Positions 60,383 through 64,000 of a stretch of DNA of 64,000 bases are shown here, piece by piece. The notes under the pieces were generated by a model, which saw nothing but the letters and a program-made list of their open reading frames with translations, was not told where the DNA came from and did no database searches. A program made the translations under genes and the position numbers. Source of the stretch: Mobula hypostoma (Eukaryota); contig NC_086129.1 in the NCBI RefSeq assembly GCF_963921235.1, positions 22,754,001 to 22,818,000 of the forward strand, given 5' to 3'. Within the stretch, counting starts at the first letter, position 1. Every line of letters begins with the position of its first letter.

Positions 60383-61403
60383 GCTCTCTACAGTTAACTG
60401 ATGAGGTAACCATAGCCTTTAGCCAGGAGCAGATGTTGTCAGGTTGTGCCTAACCTTCATAGAGTGCTTTGATCCTTAACCACTACACTCTCCAGTTGCT
60501 GGGTCAGCAATGGAGGCCAAGTCACTACCCATCTGCTCCTGACTTCCAGCTCAACTCTTCCCCCCTGCTCCATATCCAGCAAGAGGCTCTTTCTACTTCC
60601 TCACCCATCCTGTGAGCTGCTTGGTCCTTGCTCTTTTCATCAAGGCCTAGCGCAGACAGTAACCTCCATGCTGACCTTGCCGGGAACTCTCTACAGCCAA
60701 TCTCCATGGGGAATAGCCACGTCAGACATCTTTTCTCCCTGGACTCCTGGACCAAGAACCGGTACTTCAGTGACTTCCTCTCGTGAGCCTCCTCACATCC
60801 TTCTTCCCATGGTACTGTGAGCTCCACCAGGATGATTTTCTTGTCTTCGGTGGACTGCAGTATGATGTCTGGTCGAAGTGTGGTGTGTACCACCTCTGGG
60901 AACTGCAGCTTCCTCCCCACATTGAGCCTCATCTCCCATGACTTGGAGTTTGCAGCAGTCTGGATTTAGGCCTCTTTGATATGACTGGCGTGGCCCTCTC
61001 CTTGATGAAAATGACTGCTCTGTTTTCCTCTCTGCCAGCTGGTCTCTTTTTACACCTCCCCGCTCCAGCGTGTCAGCAAGGGACAGCTGGACCTTGTTGT
61101 GGTGCCACCTACACCATCCCTGCGTTAAAGCTGTTTTGCATCCTGACAGTACGTGTGCCTGTGAACCCTGCAGACCACAAAGCTTGCAGTTAGGGTCCTC
61201 TCTCAGCCCCCATGTGTCATACATGGACCACAGGAGGAAAGAAATGTGGAAGGGCTCCAGTCTCCAAAGCTCTGCCCAAGTGATCTTGGGCTTGGGAAGA
61301 TCCCATTTCGTCCAGGCGCCCTGTAACCCCAGCTCTACTGCCTTTGATACCCGCCTTTCCTCCTCGCAGTTCCGTATACCTCTGCCTGGACCATGTCGTG
61401 CCT
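60383..61403 (-). mobile_element. Restriction-like-endonuclease non-LTR retrotransposon 3' end (Hero-like)
   Basis: CKLC...HVLSGC zinc knuckle, RWHHNKV (RHN-like), LRPDII..IILVELTVPWEE..RKSLKY (PD-(D/E) RLE); frameshifted. Confidence 0.88.
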
Positions 61404-62749
61404 ACCCCTTCAAAAAGAAACTATCCCAGAAAACTGTTGATTAAATAGGATCTAACTTCTTCAGCCTATAGCAGTGTACCCAATGTCAGCAATTCTACAG
61501 CTAGAACCCAGTACAACAGAGAGAAGCTTTCAACTTCTCATGACTGGCACTAGGAGAGAACTACTAATTATGTATCTATTTTACACAGCTCATAAAAGTG
61601 GCCTTAAATTTCAGCAGTCAGTTGCTGCAGGAACCATCATTGCCTTAATGGATTGCTGAACTGGAGATGAGAAGCAGGGATGTTTTTAATTTTGGTGGAG
61701 TGTAAACTCTCAGCTCACGGGCAGGCTGTGATAGATGCCTTGTGTAATGTTATTCTTAACAATTACACAGGATTTGAAGAAAAGATAAACCTGAGCTCTG
61801 TGATTTGTGTTTGCTATTGAAGCTGTAAATCGAAACAAGAAAAACAAACTGGAGGGGAATTGTTCCTGTAATTCTTTAACTTCTCTGTGAGCGCTTAGCA
61901 GAAAACATTGAGAGCAAAGTGGTAGAATTTGATGAAGGAGTGAAATTATCAATGTATGTGTCCTATTGTCCATAAACAGCATAATCATTGTCCCATAAAA
62001 GGTACTCATGGATGATCAGCTCTAATTAATAAGTGTCCATCTCATCTTGTGCCATACTGCCAAAAGTGTAGGTTTCCGAATCAACTTTTACAGAACTATT
62101 AAAAAAGAGAGTTGCGCTGCCCTTTAATTGACCCCTGGATCTGCTGTAACAATGTTAGAAACTGGAATTCGACCTTGTTGCACCAGTTCCCCAGGCTGAA
62201 AGTTGAAGCCAAAGGAACCCAGTTTCACGGTGCAGTGTCTCACGCAGGGTTAGAATGCCATGTGTATGCATGCATTGCCATATTGACAAAGGGAATATGG
62301 AGAGTGTTCTGGCTGACTGCCAAAATCAGTTACTCATTTTCCAAATGTTAATTAAAGGTCCAGCAATGGTTGGAAGAGCTGACTGCTCAGCCTGTTAAAG
62401 AATAGTTTCTCACGATATAATCTTTATAATTTGTCCCTCAAACTTCTCCCTTAGTTAACAACCCCACTTCAGCAACCATACCCTCACACCATCTATCCCC
62501 ATGACTAGCCCACCTCCGCCAACCTTACCAGTTTTTCTATAGTGCATGCATGAATATTTGTGTGTGTGGATGTACTTAGATCCTACTGACACGGGGGACA
62601 TAATCGATTGCAAAGCCACAATGACACTGACCGAAACACATAGTCTGTAGCTGAAGCATGGAGACACAACATATGCAGTTGTTAAATAATCTATAACACT
62701 GCATAAAATGAGATTGGTAGCATTTCTGAAAAAATTATATCATCCACCG

Positions 62750-62935
62750 CAGCAACTTCTTCCCATCCCATATTCTTCTCAGTAACTTCACCCACACTCA
62801 TTTTGATAAATTCTTCCCCAAGCAAACCAGTTCAGTAAATCTTCCCTGACACTCTGTCAGTAACTCTTCTGCCAGTCTCTCCATTTCAATAACCATTCTC
62901 TTACGTTATCTCTTGGTAACTATTTCCCCATGCTG
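62750..62935. repeat. Degenerate ~25-27-bp minisatellite
   Basis: Recurrent cagtaac/a-tcttc(c) units. Confidence 0.5.
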
Positions 62936-63064
62936 TTCACCTCACTGCAGTCTCATACCATACAAATGGTCACACTGATTTAAGGGTTAAGTTGACATGA
63001 TTCAAAGCCGTCCCATGAATAAAGAGAAGACAATCTCAGAAGATCTGTAAGGATTTAATAATAG

Positions 63065-63582
63065 AATCACAGAGACAAATCTCCAGAAGCAGGCTTTTCA
63101 TCATCAAGTCCATACTGAGTATCAGGACTAAACCTTATATTAAACCTACCTTACTAAATTCATTCTACCTACTTCCCAGTCACCTCCCCAGATTCTACTC
63201 TCACCTACACACTAGAGGCAACTTACAGTGGTTAAATAAGCTACCAACCCACATGTTTATGGGATAGAGTTATAGAGTCATATAGCACAGAAACAGGCCC
63301 TTCAGCCCAACTGGTATATGCTGACCAAAATTCCTCATCCAAACTAATCCTGTTTGCCAGCATTCAGCCCATAACCTTCTAAACCTTTCCAACTATACCT
63401 GGCCAGCTAGGTTATACCTGTCCAACTGTCTTTGAAAAGTTGTATTGTACCTGACCCAACCACTTCCTCTGGCAGCTTGTTCCACATAAATACCACGCTT
63501 TGAGTAAAAAAGTTGACTTTTCAGTTCACCATAAATGTTTCCCCTCTCTTCCTAAACTTATGCCCTCTAGTTCTTGATTCCT
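63065..63582 (-). mobile_element. SINE fragment followed by CR1 3' fragment
   Basis: cacctacacactag.ggcaa.ttacagtgg (SINE rc); cacagaaacaggcccttc...ccacttcctctggcagc (CR1 rc). Confidence 0.7.
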
Positions 63583-64000
63583 GCATTGACAAGGAGAGCG
63601 TACAAACCATACACTCAGGATCAAACCCAGGTTACTCCAGAGAAGTATGTCTGAGAACTCAAAACATTCAACTGTTCCCTCGCTAAAGTTCCCTCTGCTA
63701 TTAGATCAGAAGTGGCAACGTTCAGGTGTTTAGAGATGAGTACACAATGTTCGCATCTTCTCCAACAACAGCAGTGGTAATCAGCTTGTAATACTGGTGC
63801 CCAGTAGTCTCCAAAAAGAGAATCAAGCCAGTTACCCTTTATATTCAAGAACATGGTCATCGCCATCAAAATCCTGAGGGTCACCATTGACTAGAAGTTT
63901 AATTGAATGCACTGTGGTGGTCACATCGAGAGAAGGTACCACCGTTAATCACCTAGGCTACTCTGATAGCACAGCCCAAGCCTCTAATCTTCATCACTAA

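Overview
This is a eukaryotic, repeat-dominated, apparently non-coding window (intron or intergenic). The repeat repertoire (abundant CR1 and Rex1/Babar LINEs, HE1-like tRNA SINEs, GIY-YIG Penelope-like elements, Tc1, hAT/Buster) points to a cartilaginous fish, probably a ray or skate; this is an inference. No host protein-coding gene can be identified, and almost all long ORFs are transposon-derived. Well-bounded elements: a decayed Buster-type hAT (893-3170, 8-bp TSD), an 80-bp hAT MITE, Tc1-type MITEs, a DD34E Tc1 element carrying nested retroelements (15550-18157), a young 5'-truncated CR1 with an uninterrupted RT ORF (22926-24605), two large Rex1/Babar fragments, Penelope-like fragments, a solo LTR with a 5-bp TSD, several RTE-derived non-autonomous elements, a tRNA/CORE-like SINE with a 12-bp TSD, and a Hero-like RLE retrotransposon 3' end. 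The most interesting signals are RNA-structural: minimal type-I hammerhead ribozyme motifs in Penelope pseudo-LTRs, several inserted as ~100-nt ribozyme-only modules, and a candidate HDV-like ribozyme at the 5' end of an RTE-type element (~48063-48206). Also notable are an ancient 22-bp hairpin minisatellite, a composite MITE made of two palindromic mini-MITEs, and a TATA/ETS/GC-box promoter-like island near 12.9-13.1 kb. Family names come from motif recognition, not database searches. Boundaries without a stated TSD are approximate.
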